64,000 bases of DNA from Candidatus Latescibacterota bacterium (GCA_965215195.1 CBDCDC010000002.1:1504001-1568000); one strand, 5' to 3'; numbered from the stretch's first letter, positions 27,969 through 38,582 are shown. Numbers and translations: made by a program. The notes: generated by a model from the letters alone, not told the origin.

Positions 27969-28912
27969 ACCTGTCCACCACCGGCGAGATGCTGGCCCAG
28001 CGCGACGCTTTTGGCGACGCGCTCATCGAGCTCATCGACCGCGACCCGCGCGTGTACGTGCTCGACGGCGACTTGGCCAACTCGACCAAGGCCGACAAAG
28101 TCTCCCGCGAGCGGCCCGACCGCTTCCTCGAAATGGGCATTGCCGAGCAAAACATGATGGGCGTTGCCGCCGGCATGGCCACCTGCGGGCTCGTGCCGTG
28201 GCTGAGCAGCTTCGCCTGCTTCCTCGTCAACCGCGACCTCGATCAGCTCCGCGTCGTCGTGGCCCAGCCCAACCTGCCGGTCAAGCTCTGCGGCGCCTAC
28301 TCGGGCCTGTTGACCGGCAAAACCGGCAAAACCCATCAAGAAGTCGCCGACATCTCGGTCATGCGGGCCATGCCGAATATGACCGTTTTGGCCCCGGCCG
28401 ACGCCGTAGAGGTCCGCGCCTGTATGCTGGCGGCCAACGACCTGCCCGGCCCGGTGTACGTGCGCATGACGCGCGACCCGGAGCCGGTCATCTTTCCGGC
28501 CGACTACGAGTTTGCGCTGGGCCGCGCCTTTGTCGTGCGCGAGGGCGCGGACGTCGCCCTCATATCCACCGGGGCCCAAACCCCGCGCTGCCTCGCCGCG
28601 GCCGACGAATTGGCGCACGACGGGATCTCGGCGCTCGTCCTGCACGTGCCCACCCTCAAGCCGCTCGACGCAGACGCCATTGTCGCCGCGGCCGCGCAGA
28701 CCGGCCGCGTAGTAACGGCCGAAGACCACACGATCATCGGCGGCTTGGGCGGCGCAGTCGCCGAAGTGCTGGGCGAGCGACGTCCCACGCCCATGCAGCG
28801 CGTCGGCATCCGCGACGTATTCGGCGAATCCGCACCCAACGAGGATCTGCTGCAAAAATACGGCCTGACCCCCGGGCACGTCGCCCAAGCGGCGCGGGCG
28901 CTGCTCTCTTGA
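27965..28912 (+). CDS. Transketolase, C-terminal subunit
   Basis: 'GIAEQNM', 'GKTHQ', 'EDHTIIGGLG'. Confidence 0.93.
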   Translation: MNLSTTGEMLAQRDAFGDALIELIDRDPRVYVLDGDLANSTKADKVSRERPDRFLEMGIAEQNMMGVAAGMATCGLVPWLSSFACFLVNRDLDQLRVVVAQPNLPVKLCGAYSGLLTGKTGKTHQEVADISVMRAMPNMTVLAPADAVEVRACMLAANDLPGPVYVRMTRDPEPVIFPADYEFALGRAFVVREGADVALISTGAQTPRCLAAADELAHDGISALVLHVPTLKPLDADAIVAAAAQTGRVVTAEDHTIIGGLGGAVAEVLGERRPTPMQRVGIRDVFGESAPNEDLLQKYGLTPGHVAQAARALLS

Positions 28913-29107
28913 CCGTCGCATCCAAATATCCGTAATTACATGAGACTCATTTACCGCAACCGATAACCACGAGCTGCTGATGACGCGACATACTGGGTTT
29001 ACTTCAGGGTGTTTGTTCGCCAGCACAAGCTCATGCGATTCACTAGAGTGCATCATCTCAGATGCACTCTTTTTCTTTGGCCGATGCCACGGGAAACGAG
29101 AGGCCGT

Positions 29108-29827
29108 ATGAAAGAGGGTTTGCTGCAACTGTTGAAGCTCCAAGAAGTCGATAAAAAGCTCTTCGCGCTCAAAGAGGCGAAAAAAAAATATCCCGCTGAA
29201 ATCGACCTGTGCCGCAGGACGATAGCAGAAGCGCGGTCCGCCTTGACCGAGCTAGAGGCCGAGATCGCGGAGTTGGAAAAGCAGCAGCGGCATTGCGCAC
29301 GCGAGATCGAAAGCGGCCAGGCCACCCTGCGCGAGCGCGAAGGGCGCTTTGCCGTGGTGACCACCAACAAGGAGTACGATTCTCTCCAGCTCGAGATCGA
29401 GATTTGCAAAAAGGCCATTGCCGAGCACGAGGATCAGTTGCTCAAAGCCATTGAGGGCCTAGAGAAAAAGCAGGAGCAGATCGCCGAAGAACGAGGCACT
29501 TTTGAGGAGGTCCGCGAGGTTGAGCAAGAGCGCATCAACGAGCTCGAAGGCCAACTCGGCACCACGCAGGAGCAAATCGCCGAAGTCGCAACGAGTCGGC
29601 AGGTGGTTGCCAAAGGCATTGCGGACATCGACGCCCAACTGCTGCGTACGTACGATCGCAAGAAGGGGCGGCGCGGGATTCGCGTCGCGGCCGTGCGCAA
29701 GGAGGCTTGCGGCGCTTGCTACCACCAGATGCCCGCCCAAGTCCGCAACGAGGTCCGCATCGGCGACCGCGTCATCTACTGCGAAAGCTGCGGCACCATC
29801 ATGGTCTGGGACGAGCAGTCGGTTTGA
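29108..29827 (+). CDS. C4-type zinc-ribbon coiled-coil protein (DUF164/CT398-like)
   Basis: Long coiled coil with 'CGAC...CESCG'. Confidence 0.88.
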   Translation: MKEGLLQLLKLQEVDKKLFALKEAKKKYPAEIDLCRRTIAEARSALTELEAEIAELEKQQRHCAREIESGQATLREREGRFAVVTTNKEYDSLQLEIEICKKAIAEHEDQLLKAIEGLEKKQEQIAEERGTFEEVREVEQERINELEGQLGTTQEQIAEVATSRQVVAKGIADIDAQLLRTYDRKKGRRGIRVAAVRKEACGACYHQMPAQVRNEVRIGDRVIYCESCGTIMVWDEQSV

Positions 29828-29831
29828 CTTT

Positions 29832-30207
29832 GGGAGGAGTAAGTCGGGCGGGCGCGCCAGCGGTCCCTAGCGGCCGCTGGTGAGGAAAGTCCGAGCTCCA
29901 CAGGACAGGATGCTGGGTAACGCCCAGGGGGGGCGACCCCACAGACAGTGCCACAGAAAACACACCGCCCAGTTTGCTGGGTAAGGTTGAAAAGGCGAGG
30001 TAAGAGCTCACCGCACCTGTGGCGACGCAGGTGGCAGGGTAAACCTCATTCGGAGCAAGGCTAAGTAGGGGAAAAGAGGTGGTCCGCCTCGCTATATTCC
30101 CGGGTAAGCCGCACCGAGGCGGTCGGGCAACCGCCGCCCCAGATGAATGCCCGCACAGCGCGCTTTGGGCGCGTAGACAGAACTCGGCTTATAGACTCAC
30201 TCCTCCC
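29832..30207 (+). ncRNA. rnpB: RNase P RNA (type A)
   Basis: GAGGAAAGTCCGAGCTCC, AGTGCCACAGAAAA, GGTAAACC and ACAGAACTCGGCTTA motifs; P1 stem GGGAGGAGT/ACTCCTCCC. Confidence 0.97.
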
Positions 30208-30258
30208 ACACCCGGGGCCCAGCGGCTCCGGGTGATTTTTCTTTCTTTGGAGAGCTAC

Positions 30259-31359
30259 ATGTTCCCTCTGATCGCCGCGCTGGTGTTGATTGCCGCGCCG
30301 CTTTCGCCCCAGCAGCCCGAGCACTATGCAATTGAGCCGCTCGCCTCGCCGCTAGCCGAAGGCTATATCGACTGGACGCAACACGCGCTCTTTGCCTATG
30401 GCGACGGCACTGCGCCCGCGGCGATCTCCGACCCGGTGCAGCAACGGCTCCACGGGTTGCGCAATGCCCGGGACGCGGCGTTCCGCAACATGCGCGAACT
30501 AATCGGTCGGGTACGCCTCAACGCCGATACCCAACTGCAAGACGCTGGATTCGAGCGCGATTTTCAAGAACTCGCCCGCGTGGCCATTGGCTCGCAAAGC
30601 GAGGACCAAGGGCACTACCGCATCGCCGTGCGGCTGCTTCTGCTGGGCGATTTCGCGGCGGCGGTGCTGCCCCAAGTTGAGCCTATAGACCCAAGAACAC
30701 ACGACCTGAGCCCCTTCGACAACTCCCCCGCACCACCAGCCATCCCCGATTCGCTTGAGCTGCCAAGCGTCGCCGATTCCCTCGCGCCGCCAGCCACCGC
30801 CGATTCCCCCGCACCACCAGCCACCCCCGATTCGCTAACGACGCCAGCTATCACTGACTCCCTCGCGGCAGACGAACTCGTGTTTTTCGTGCCCGAGGCC
30901 CCCTACACCGGCCTGCTCATCGACGTTCGCGGACTCGGGCTGCAACCGAGCATAGCACCGCGCGTGCTCAGTACAGAAGGGTACGCGATTCACGGCGCGG
31001 CCACCGTGGAGCGCAGCCTCGCCACGGCCTACGGAGTCGTCGGCTACGACGACGACATCGACCGAGCCTACAAAAGCGAACGGCTCGGCGGGAAGGAGGC
31101 CAACCCTTTCGTCGTCCGGGCCACGGGCACGGCCGGCCGCTACTCGGGCGACGCCATCCTCGACAACTTCGATGCCGCACAGGTGTTACAGGCCGACGAG
31201 GTCGGCGACTTTTTGCGCCAAGGCCGGGTGACCTTCCTCCTCGGCCCCGCGCCAGCAGCCTTTGATTCCACCTATACCGATTCTATTTTCATATTAGAAG
31301 GAATGAAAGATGAGTTTGAGCTTTACCGAGAAATGGAACCAAGCGACGCGTCGGAATAA
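30259..31359 (+). CDS. Secreted hypothetical protein (LPP20-like N-terminus) with internal DS.APPA repeats
   Basis: Signal peptide; 'YTGLLIDVRGLGLQPS.APRV'; tandem repeats at ~30720-30865. Confidence 0.65.
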   Translation: MFPLIAALVLIAAPLSPQQPEHYAIEPLASPLAEGYIDWTQHALFAYGDGTAPAAISDPVQQRLHGLRNARDAAFRNMRELIGRVRLNADTQLQDAGFERDFQELARVAIGSQSEDQGHYRIAVRLLLLGDFAAAVLPQVEPIDPRTHDLSPFDNSPAPPAIPDSLELPSVADSLAPPATADSPAPPATPDSLTTPAITDSLAADELVFFVPEAPYTGLLIDVRGLGLQPSIAPRVLSTEGYAIHGAATVERSLATAYGVVGYDDDIDRAYKSERLGGKEANPFVVRATGTAGRYSGDAILDNFDAAQVLQADEVGDFLRQGRVTFLLGPAPAAFDSTYTDSIFILEGMKDEFELYREMEPSDASE

Positions 31360-32125
31360 CTCGCTGGTCTGCGTCGGGCTAGATACCGATCCCGTGCAGT
31401 TACCCGCCAGCGTCCGCGCCAAAGCCGATCCCGTTCTCTACTTCAACCAGCAAATCATCGACGCCACCTGCGACCTCATCTGCTGTTACAAGCCCAATTT
31501 CGCTTTCTACAGCGCCCTCGGCGCGGGCGGTTTTGCCACGCTCAAACGCACCCTCGACCACATCCCCGCCGACATCCCGGTGATCATCGACGCCAAGGTC
31601 GGCGACATGGGCAACACCGCCGAGCAATACGCCCGCGCCTTCTACGAGGTCCTCGGCTGCGACGCGCTGACGGTGACTCCCTATTTGGGCCACGACTGCG
31701 TCGCGCCCTTCACCGAATACGCAGACTGCACCACCTTTCTCGTCTGCCTGACCTCCAACCGAGGGGCCGACGACTTTCAGAAGGACCCGCTAGGCGACCG
31801 GCCCCTGTACGAGCGGGTCGTCGCCAAGGCACGCGCTTGGAACGCGGCCAACAACATCGGACTCGTCGTCGGGGCGACCCAACCAGCCGGCTTGGCCCGC
31901 GTCCGCACCCTTGCCCCAGATATGCCCTTGCTCATCCCCGGCATCGGCGCCCAAAGCGGCTGTGTGGAGCTAGCGGTCAAAAACGGCTGCAACGCTCGCG
32001 GCGCGGGCATCCTCATCAATTCCTCGCGCGGCATCCTCTACGCCTCCCAAGGCAGCGATTTTGCGGCCGCGGCCCGGCAGGCGACCCTAACCCTGCGCGA
32101 CGCCATCAACGCCCACCGCCCCTGA
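31310..32125 (+). CDS. pyrF: Orotidine-5'-phosphate decarboxylase
   Basis: 'CVGLD', 'YKPNFAFY', 'DAKVGDMGNT', 'PGIGAQ', 'NSSRGI'. Confidence 0.95.
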   Translation: MSLSFTEKWNQATRRNNSLVCVGLDTDPVQLPASVRAKADPVLYFNQQIIDATCDLICCYKPNFAFYSALGAGGFATLKRTLDHIPADIPVIIDAKVGDMGNTAEQYARAFYEVLGCDALTVTPYLGHDCVAPFTEYADCTTFLVCLTSNRGADDFQKDPLGDRPLYERVVAKARAWNAANNIGLVVGATQPAGLARVRTLAPDMPLLIPGIGAQSGCVELAVKNGCNARGAGILINSSRGILYASQGSDFAAAARQATLTLRDAINAHRP

Positions 32126-32171
32126 GCCGTTGTTGCCATCGTCCATAGCTATCTCTATTTTTCTAACGAGT

Positions 32172-32249
32172 CGGGGTGTGGCGCAGTCCGGTTAGCGCAC
32201 CTGCTTTGGGAGCAGGATGTCGTCGGTTCGAATCCGACCACCCCGACCA
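32172..32249 (+). tRNA. tRNA-Pro(TGG)
   Basis: Acceptor stem CGGGGTG/CACCCCG, anticodon arm CCTGC-TTTGGGA-GCAGG, GGTTCGAATCC T-loop, encoded CCA. Confidence 0.97.
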
Positions 32250-32323
32250 CAACTTTCCTTCCAGCACCCCTCCCCTCGCACAGCCCAATTCGCGGCACTA
32301 GATTGCTCAACTGGAGGCTCGCC

Positions 32324-32525
32324 ATGTCCAAAACAGTTACCCTGCGCCTCAATAGCGCTTTCGCATCATGGCCGAACGCGACAATCGCCCCTTGGCCAAC
32401 TTTATTGAAACTGCGCTCCTCCGCTATTTGGAGAGCGAGGAGTACGTGGATGAGTTCGAGATGACAGAGATCCGCGCCAACCGCAGCCTGAATGCCAGCA
32501 TTGAGCGGGGCTTGGCCGATCGACA
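32324..32525 (+). pseudogene. CopG/RHH antitoxin remnant, frameshifted
   Basis: GGAGG RBS, MSKTVTLRLN, then a shifted frame RFRIMAERDNRPLANFIETALLRYLESEEYVDEFEMTEI...SIERGLAD. Confidence 0.6.
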
Positions 32526-32573
32526 ATAATCGCTACGATCGACTAGGAACCAACTTCACCGCGAGGATCAACT

Positions 32574-33911
32574 ATGGCACGAGAAATCAAGGCTTTGCTC
32601 GACGAAGAAATCGCTGCTTACGCAGCGCGCAACCCCCGCTCGCAGGCGATGTTTGCGCGGGCCAAGCAATCGCTGCCGGGCGGCAACACTCGCACCGGCG
32701 TCCACATCGACCCTTTTCCCCTATACGCCGACCGCGGCGAGGGCGCCTATCTCTACGACATCGACAGCCACCGCCTGATCGACTTCGTCAACAACAACAC
32801 GGCCCTGCCCTTGGGCCACGCCCATCCCGCCATCGTCGCTGCCTTGCGGGAACAAATCGCCCGCGGCACCGGGTTTTCGCGGCCCCTCGCCCTCGAAGTG
32901 GAGGTGGTCGAACTGCTCCGCGCGCGCATGCCCGCGCTGGAGAAAGTGCGCTTTTGCTCCTCGGGCACCGAAGCCGTACTCAACGCCCTGCGCGCAGCGC
33001 GGGCGCATACCGGGCGCACCAAGATCGCCAAGTTCGAGGGGGCTTATCACGGCATAGACGACAGCGCACTAGTGAGCTACTTGCCGCCGCTGGGGCCTGA
33101 ACTGGGGCCGGCTGGCAAGCCGCAGGGCGTGGCCTCGTCGGCCGGGCTGATGGCCCACACCCTCGACGAGGTGGTCGTGCTGCCGTTCAACGACCCGGCG
33201 GCCTGCGCCGAGATCATCGGCGACAACGCCCAAGACCTAGCCGCCGTGATCGTGGATCCGCTCTCCACAGCCGCTGGGCTGGCCCTGCCAAAGGCCGGTT
33301 TTTTGTCGAGCCTGCGCGACGCGACCACCCGCGCCAATGCCCTGCTGATCTTCGACGAAATCGTCAGCTTCCGCTTCGGCCCGGGCGGGACGCACACGGC
33401 CTATCAAGTGCGGCCCGATCTGGTCTGTTTGGGCAAGGTAATCGCCGGTGGGACGCCCGGCGCGGCCTTCGGCGGTCGCGCCGACGCCATGAGCCTATAC
33501 GACCCAGCCGACGGGCCGCAGATCCAACAGTCCGGGACCTTCAACGCCAACCCCATCGCTCTAGTCGCCGGCTTGCAGACCCTCCAAGCACTGACCGCAG
33601 AGGCTTACGAGCAGATGGAAGGGCTGGCGCGTCGGGCGGCTGAGGGATTGCAGGCCGCGTTTGGCGAGGCCGGGGTCGCCGTGCAGGTGGTCGTGGCCGG
33701 GTCCATATTCCGGCTGTATTTCCTCGAACAGCCGCCGCGCAATTTCCGCGAAGCAGCGCAAGACGACGCGCAGATGCACCGCTGGTTGTTTTTCGCCCTG
33801 CTCAACAGGGGGCTGTACACGCGGATGGGCGGCAATGTGTCGCTGGCAACCGAGACTCACCACATCGACGCACTGGTGCAGGGGGTGCGCGAGGTGGTGC
33901 AAGTGCTGTAA
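32574..33911 (+). CDS. Class-III aminotransferase (glutamate-1-semialdehyde aminomutase-like)
   Basis: 'SSGTEA', 'FEGAYHG', 'LIFDEI', 'LGKVIAGG', 'SGTFNANP'. Confidence 0.88.
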   Translation: MAREIKALLDEEIAAYAARNPRSQAMFARAKQSLPGGNTRTGVHIDPFPLYADRGEGAYLYDIDSHRLIDFVNNNTALPLGHAHPAIVAALREQIARGTGFSRPLALEVEVVELLRARMPALEKVRFCSSGTEAVLNALRAARAHTGRTKIAKFEGAYHGIDDSALVSYLPPLGPELGPAGKPQGVASSAGLMAHTLDEVVVLPFNDPAACAEIIGDNAQDLAAVIVDPLSTAAGLALPKAGFLSSLRDATTRANALLIFDEIVSFRFGPGGTHTAYQVRPDLVCLGKVIAGGTPGAAFGGRADAMSLYDPADGPQIQQSGTFNANPIALVAGLQTLQALTAEAYEQMEGLARRAAEGLQAAFGEAGVAVQVVVAGSIFRLYFLEQPPRNFREAAQDDAQMHRWLFFALLNRGLYTRMGGNVSLATETHHIDALVQGVREVVQVL

Positions 33912-33983
33912 CGCGGGCGCATGGCGGCGCACACTCCTGTGGGTACGCTAGTGCTTGATGGTAGGACACTGATCGATGCTTCG

Positions 33984-34021
33984 CTTCACCTCGGCTGTTC
34001 ACGCCTGAAGGCGCGGTGAAC
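33984..34021. repeat. REP-like palindrome family B
   Basis: gcttcacctcggctgttcacgcctgaaggcgcggtgaa; related copies at 49879-49901 and 55932-55971. Confidence 0.7.
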
Positions 34022-34068
34022 TCGCGCCTAGCGCGCAGGCCCTGACGATATAGGAGAACGGAGAGCGA

Positions 34069-35055
34069 ATGAGTACCACGAAAAAATGGCTGCTGTGCGC
34101 TCTGTTGACCGCTTGCGGGCAGCCGGATGACGCGCCCGATACACTCAAGATCGGCTACGTCATTAACTTCATGTCGCACGAGTGGTATCAAAACATCAGC
34201 AAATCGGCGACAGCGCGGGCAGCCGAGTTGGGCGTCGAGCTGATCGTCGCGGATGCCAACCTCGACGTGGCGGCGCAAATTTCCAAGGCCGAAAACTTGC
34301 TCGCCCAAGGGGTAAAGGTGCTGATTTTGTCGCCGGTTGACGCCAAGGCCATGGGGCCAGTGGTGCGGCAGGCCAAGGCCGCGGGTGCTAAAGTGATTAC
34401 CGAATCCAACCCCGTGCCCGAGGCCGACAGCTACGTGGGGATCGACAACTACGCCGGTGGGGTCAAGGCCGGCGAGTGGTTTGCCGGCTACGCAGCGGAA
34501 AAGGGCCTCAACCCCAAGATCCTCATCGTCGGCTTCCCCAACTTCGAGGACTGCCGGCAGCGGGTCGCCGGCTTCAAAGACGCACTCGCCGCTTCGGGCT
34601 TGCCCTACCAGATCGTCCAAGAAGTCGATGGGCAGGGCCTCAAGGAAAAGGCGTTCAAAGTGGCGCAGGACGCGCTAACGGCCAACCCGCACATCAACGC
34701 GATCTACGGCATCAACGACGATTCGACGACCGGCGGCATGGCGGCCTACAAAGCTGCGGGCCTCGACGAAGCGGCCCTGACCGCAATCGGCTTCGGCTTC
34801 GAGGGCACCGTGGGCCAGACGGCCCTCACCGGCGACACGCCTTACGCAGCGGCCCTAGCGATGTTTCCCAACTTCGTGGGCGCGGCCCTGATTGACGCGG
34901 CCCTGCAGTTGAGCAAGGGGAAGCCGCTACCCGCCCACTACGAGACGCCGACCATCGTCGTCACCCGCGACAATCTCAGCCGCTTCTACGACGTGAGCAC
35001 CGAGCCGCCCTTCGCCCTCAAGGTAGATGCAGTGCGGGCCTTGATGCCGCAATGA
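34069..35055 (+). CDS. Sugar ABC transporter substrate-binding lipoprotein (RbsB-like)
   Basis: 'LTAC' lipobox and a Peripla_BP_4 pattern. Confidence 0.9.
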   Translation: MSTTKKWLLCALLTACGQPDDAPDTLKIGYVINFMSHEWYQNISKSATARAAELGVELIVADANLDVAAQISKAENLLAQGVKVLILSPVDAKAMGPVVRQAKAAGAKVITESNPVPEADSYVGIDNYAGGVKAGEWFAGYAAEKGLNPKILIVGFPNFEDCRQRVAGFKDALAASGLPYQIVQEVDGQGLKEKAFKVAQDALTANPHINAIYGINDDSTTGGMAAYKAAGLDEAALTAIGFGFEGTVGQTALTGDTPYAAALAMFPNFVGAALIDAALQLSKGKPLPAHYETPTIVVTRDNLSRFYDVSTEPPFALKVDAVRALMPQ

Positions 35056-36023
35056 GCCGCTTGCTCGCACGGGTGCTCCACAGCGAGCAGGCCGGGCTGT
35101 TGCTGGCGCTGGTCTTGCTCTGCGTGGGGATTTCGCTGCTGACGCCGGTCTTCTTTACGGCCGTCAATATCAAGAACGTGCTGCGCGACGCCTCGCTGGT
35201 GGCCATCGCCGGGATCGGCATGGTGATGATCATCCTGCTCGGCGAGATCGACCTCAGCGTCGGCTCAACCCAAGCGGTGGCCGGGATCATGGCGGTGGCC
35301 GTGCTCAATCAGTTTGAGAGCGTGGCGCTGGCGCTGGGAGCCGCGCTAGCAGCCGGGGCGCTCGTCGGCCTGTGCAACGGACTGTTGGTCACCAAGGCCG
35401 GCATCAACTCCCTGATCGCGACCTTGGGCATGATGGCGATTTTGCGCGGCGCGGCCATGGTCAGCACCCAAGCGGTATCGATCCAGGGCAAAGTACAAGG
35501 CTTCGTCGAAGTGGGAACCGGATACTTGGGGCCGATCCCCATCCCGGTGCTGGTGACTTTTATCCTCTTCGGGCTGTTTTACTACGTGCTGCACCACACC
35601 ATCCTCGGCCGCTACATCTACGCCATCGGCGGCAATATCCAAGCGGCGCGGCTCGCGGGCTTGGCCGTCGATCGCACGCGCGTCTTGGTCTTTGTGCTCG
35701 GCGGGGTGCTGGCGGCACTGAGTGCCTTTATCTTGGCCTCGCGCCTCAACTCCGGGCAGCCGAATGCCGGCTTGGGGTTTGAGTTGCAGGTGATCGCCGC
35801 GGTGATCTTGGGCGGCATCAGCCTGACGGGCGGGGTGGGTACGCTCGGCGGTGCCTTTATCGGCATCCTGATTCTGACGGTGCTCTCCAACGGCTTGGTG
35901 CTTTTGAACGTGTCGTCCTTTTACCACGATATTGCGCGCGGTGCGGTGATTATCCTCGCCGTGTATCTGGACACCCGGCGCAAGCAAAGCCTCCTGCGGC
36001 GGCTACTCGCCCCCCCAACATGA
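35052..36023 (+). CDS. Sugar ABC transporter permease (RbsC-like)
   Basis: 'EIDLSVGS', 'GRYIYAIGGN', 'ELQVIAAVILGG.SL.GG.G'. Confidence 0.92.
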   Translation: MSRLLARVLHSEQAGLLLALVLLCVGISLLTPVFFTAVNIKNVLRDASLVAIAGIGMVMIILLGEIDLSVGSTQAVAGIMAVAVLNQFESVALALGAALAAGALVGLCNGLLVTKAGINSLIATLGMMAILRGAAMVSTQAVSIQGKVQGFVEVGTGYLGPIPIPVLVTFILFGLFYYVLHHTILGRYIYAIGGNIQAARLAGLAVDRTRVLVFVLGGVLAALSAFILASRLNSGQPNAGLGFELQVIAAVILGGISLTGGVGTLGGAFIGILILTVLSNGLVLLNVSSFYHDIARGAVIILAVYLDTRRKQSLLRRLLAPPT

Positions 36024-37510
36024 CGCCGCTGCTCTCCTTAGAGGATATCCACAAGCGCTTCCCGGGCGTCTATGCGCTCAGAGGCGTTGACTTTGCGGTG
36101 CGGCCGGGGGAAGTCCACGCGCTGGTCGGCGAAAACGGCGCGGGCAAGAGCACCTTGATCAAAATTGCGGCCGGCGTGTACCGCCGCGACCGGGGCCGCT
36201 ACCACATCGCCGGCCGTCCCGCAGACATCCGCCATCCGCGCCAAGCCCTAGACCACGGGCTTGCGGTCGTTTACCAAGAGCTAGAGCTAGTCCCTTCCCT
36301 GTCGGTGGCCGAGAATTTGTTCTTCGGTCGCCTGCCGCACGGACGCGGTGGGCGCGTCCAGTGGAACGCGCTCTACGCCGCTTCGGCAATGCTACTGGCC
36401 GAGGTCGGGCTAGCGGTCAATCCCCAGACCAAGGTCGGCCACCTCGGCGTAGCCGCACAGCAATTGGTCGAGATCGCACGGGCCCTGGCGTGCGACGCCC
36501 AAGTAATCGTCATGGACGAGCCAACCTCGGCCCTGAGTACGCGCGAGATCGACAAGCTCTTTGCGCTCATCGCCCGGCTCAAGGCGCGGGGCGTGGGCGT
36601 GATCTACGTATCGCACAAGCTCGCCGAGGTCATGGCGCTGGCCGACCGAGTGACGGTCCTGCGCGACGGAGCGCGCGTCGCCTGCGAACAGGCCGCCGAC
36701 CTCAACGAGGAGCAGCTCATCGCGCTGATGGTTGGGCGGGCGTTGGGCCAGGGTTTTCCCGCGGCCGGGCGCACGCCGGGGCCGGGTGCGCTGGAAGTGG
36801 AGGGGCTGACCACGGACCGGGTGCGGGATATTTCCTTCCGGGTGTGCGCTGGAGAAATTGTCGGGTTTTCCGGGCTGATGGGCGCGGGGCGGACGGAACT
36901 AGCGCGGGCCGTGATGGGCGCGGATCGCCGCCGCGCTGGAACGGTCACCATCGGCGGGGTCGCTGTGCCAGCAAACGCACCGCCGCGGGCGCGCACCTTG
37001 GGGCTGGGACTGGTGCCGGAGGATCGCCGGGCCGACGGCCTCTTCGCCCAGCAGAGCGTGCGCGCAAACGCGAGTATTGCGGCCTTAGAGCAGTTCTGCC
37101 GCGCTGGCCACGTGCAAGTAGGAGCAGAGCGGCAGCAGGTCGGCGCACTCGTGGCGCGCCTGCGCGTGCGTCCCCCCGACCAAGAGCAGACCATCGCCCG
37201 GCTCAGTGGCGGCAATCAGCAAAAGGCACTGCTGGCCCGCTGGCTGCTCAAGGAAAACTTGCAGGTGCTGCTCGTCGATGAGCCGACTCGAGGGATCGAT
37301 GTTGGGGCCAAGGCCGAGATTTATCAATTGCTAAACGAGCTGGCGCACCAAGGGCTGGCAATCGCGGTCTTCTCCTCGGAAATGCCCGAAATTTTGGGAC
37401 TGTGCGACCGGGTGTACGTGATGCGCGAGGGGCGAATTGCCGCCGAATACGCACGGGCCGAGGCCACGCCGGAAAAACTCTTGGCCAGCGCCCTGCCCAG
37501 CGCCAGCTAA
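36020..37510 (+). CDS. Sugar ABC transporter ATPase (RbsA-like)
   Basis: 'GENGAGKST', 'LSGGNQQK', 'DEPTRGIDVGAK'. Confidence 0.93.
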   Translation: MTPLLSLEDIHKRFPGVYALRGVDFAVRPGEVHALVGENGAGKSTLIKIAAGVYRRDRGRYHIAGRPADIRHPRQALDHGLAVVYQELELVPSLSVAENLFFGRLPHGRGGRVQWNALYAASAMLLAEVGLAVNPQTKVGHLGVAAQQLVEIARALACDAQVIVMDEPTSALSTREIDKLFALIARLKARGVGVIYVSHKLAEVMALADRVTVLRDGARVACEQAADLNEEQLIALMVGRALGQGFPAAGRTPGPGALEVEGLTTDRVRDISFRVCAGEIVGFSGLMGAGRTELARAVMGADRRRAGTVTIGGVAVPANAPPRARTLGLGLVPEDRRADGLFAQQSVRANASIAALEQFCRAGHVQVGAERQQVGALVARLRVRPPDQEQTIARLSGGNQQKALLARWLLKENLQVLLVDEPTRGIDVGAKAEIYQLLNELAHQGLAIAVFSSEMPEILGLCDRVYVMREGRIAAEYARAEATPEKLLASALPSAS

Positions 37511-37541
37511 ACCCTTCATCCCCAGCAAAGAGAGGTGCAAC

Positions 37542-38582
37542 GTGAAAATCCTAATCACCGGCGGCACCGGCCGCGTCGGAGCCAATTTGGCGAAAGCCCT
37601 GCTCGACAAAGGGCACGCTATCCGCTCGTTTGTCTATCCCGGCGACCAAAGCCGCGCCCACAAGCTCGACGGCTTTGAGCGCGTCGAGACCATCGAAGGC
37701 GATTTGCGCAATCTCGCCGACGTGCGCCGTGCGGTCGAAGGAGTCGATGCAGTGTACCACATTGCCGCAGCCTTTGGCGGCCCCTTCGACAACCGCGAAT
37801 ACCTCGAAATCAACGGCATGGGCACCATCAACCTGCTGGAGTCCATCCGCGAGCTGACGCCCGACCTACATCGGCTGGTGTACGCCTGTACCGAGGCGAT
37901 TTACTGGAGCAATCCCTACAACGGCCGCTGCTTTGAAGAGCCGATCCGCGAAGATCAGGTCGCCCGCTACCAGACGATGCCTTACTTCCTGACCAAGTGG
38001 ATCGGCGAGGAACTGGTGATGAGCTATCACTTGCAGTTCGGGCTGCCGTCGGTGACCACGCGCTTTGCCACGATTATTGAGCCGGGGGAATTTCTCGACG
38101 AAAATGGCTTGCCGCATCTGTTCTTGTTGGGGCCGGTTTACGAGCGGTGCAAGGACCAAGAGGGGGCCTTTGCCGAGGCGATCAGGGCACTGTGGACAGG
38201 CGAGGACCAGTTCTTGCTGGCGCGGAATCCAGACGGGCGGCCCTATAAGCAGCAATTTGCCGACGTGCGCGACATCGTCCAAGGGCTGGTGTTGGCACTG
38301 GAGCGGGACGAGGCCGTGGGCGAGGTGTTCAATCTGGGCGGGGCCGCCCTGTTCGATTGGGGCGCAGCCGTGCCCTATCTCGCCGATCGTTTCGGGCTGG
38401 GCTACGTTGAGGCGCGGCGACCGGATTGGAACTACTTTGAGTTGGATTTGACCAACATCGAGGAAAAGTTGGGGTTTGCACCCAAGCACGACTTGGCGAG
38501 CATACTCGATGCGGCTGAGGCCATGCGGCGCGGGGAGGACGTGGGAATCATTCCAACGGGAGTGCGGTTCGGGAGGGCGTAG
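37542..38582 (+). CDS. NAD-dependent epimerase/dehydratase
   Basis: 'ITGGTGRVG' and YxxxK ('YFLTK'). Confidence 0.88.
   Translation: MKILITGGTGRVGANLAKALLDKGHAIRSFVYPGDQSRAHKLDGFERVETIEGDLRNLADVRRAVEGVDAVYHIAAAFGGPFDNREYLEINGMGTINLLESIRELTPDLHRLVYACTEAIYWSNPYNGRCFEEPIREDQVARYQTMPYFLTKWIGEELVMSYHLQFGLPSVTTRFATIIEPGEFLDENGLPHLFLLGPVYERCKDQEGAFAEAIRALWTGEDQFLLARNPDGRPYKQQFADVRDIVQGLVLALERDEAVGEVFNLGGAALFDWGAAVPYLADRFGLGYVEARRPDWNYFELDLTNIEEKLGFAPKHDLASILDAAEAMRRGEDVGIIPTGVRFGRA

Noticed and set aside
25154-29143. Long antisense or alternative-frame ORFs (e.g. 25154-26443, 27869-29143, also 37866-39203)
   Set aside because: They are Arg/Ala/Pro-rich shadows of well-supported genes, expected in high-GC DNA.
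32574-33911. Calling this gene hemL
   Set aside because: It is a divergent GSA-like class-III aminotransferase ('PGGNTR', 'NNNT') with no tetrapyrrole gene context.
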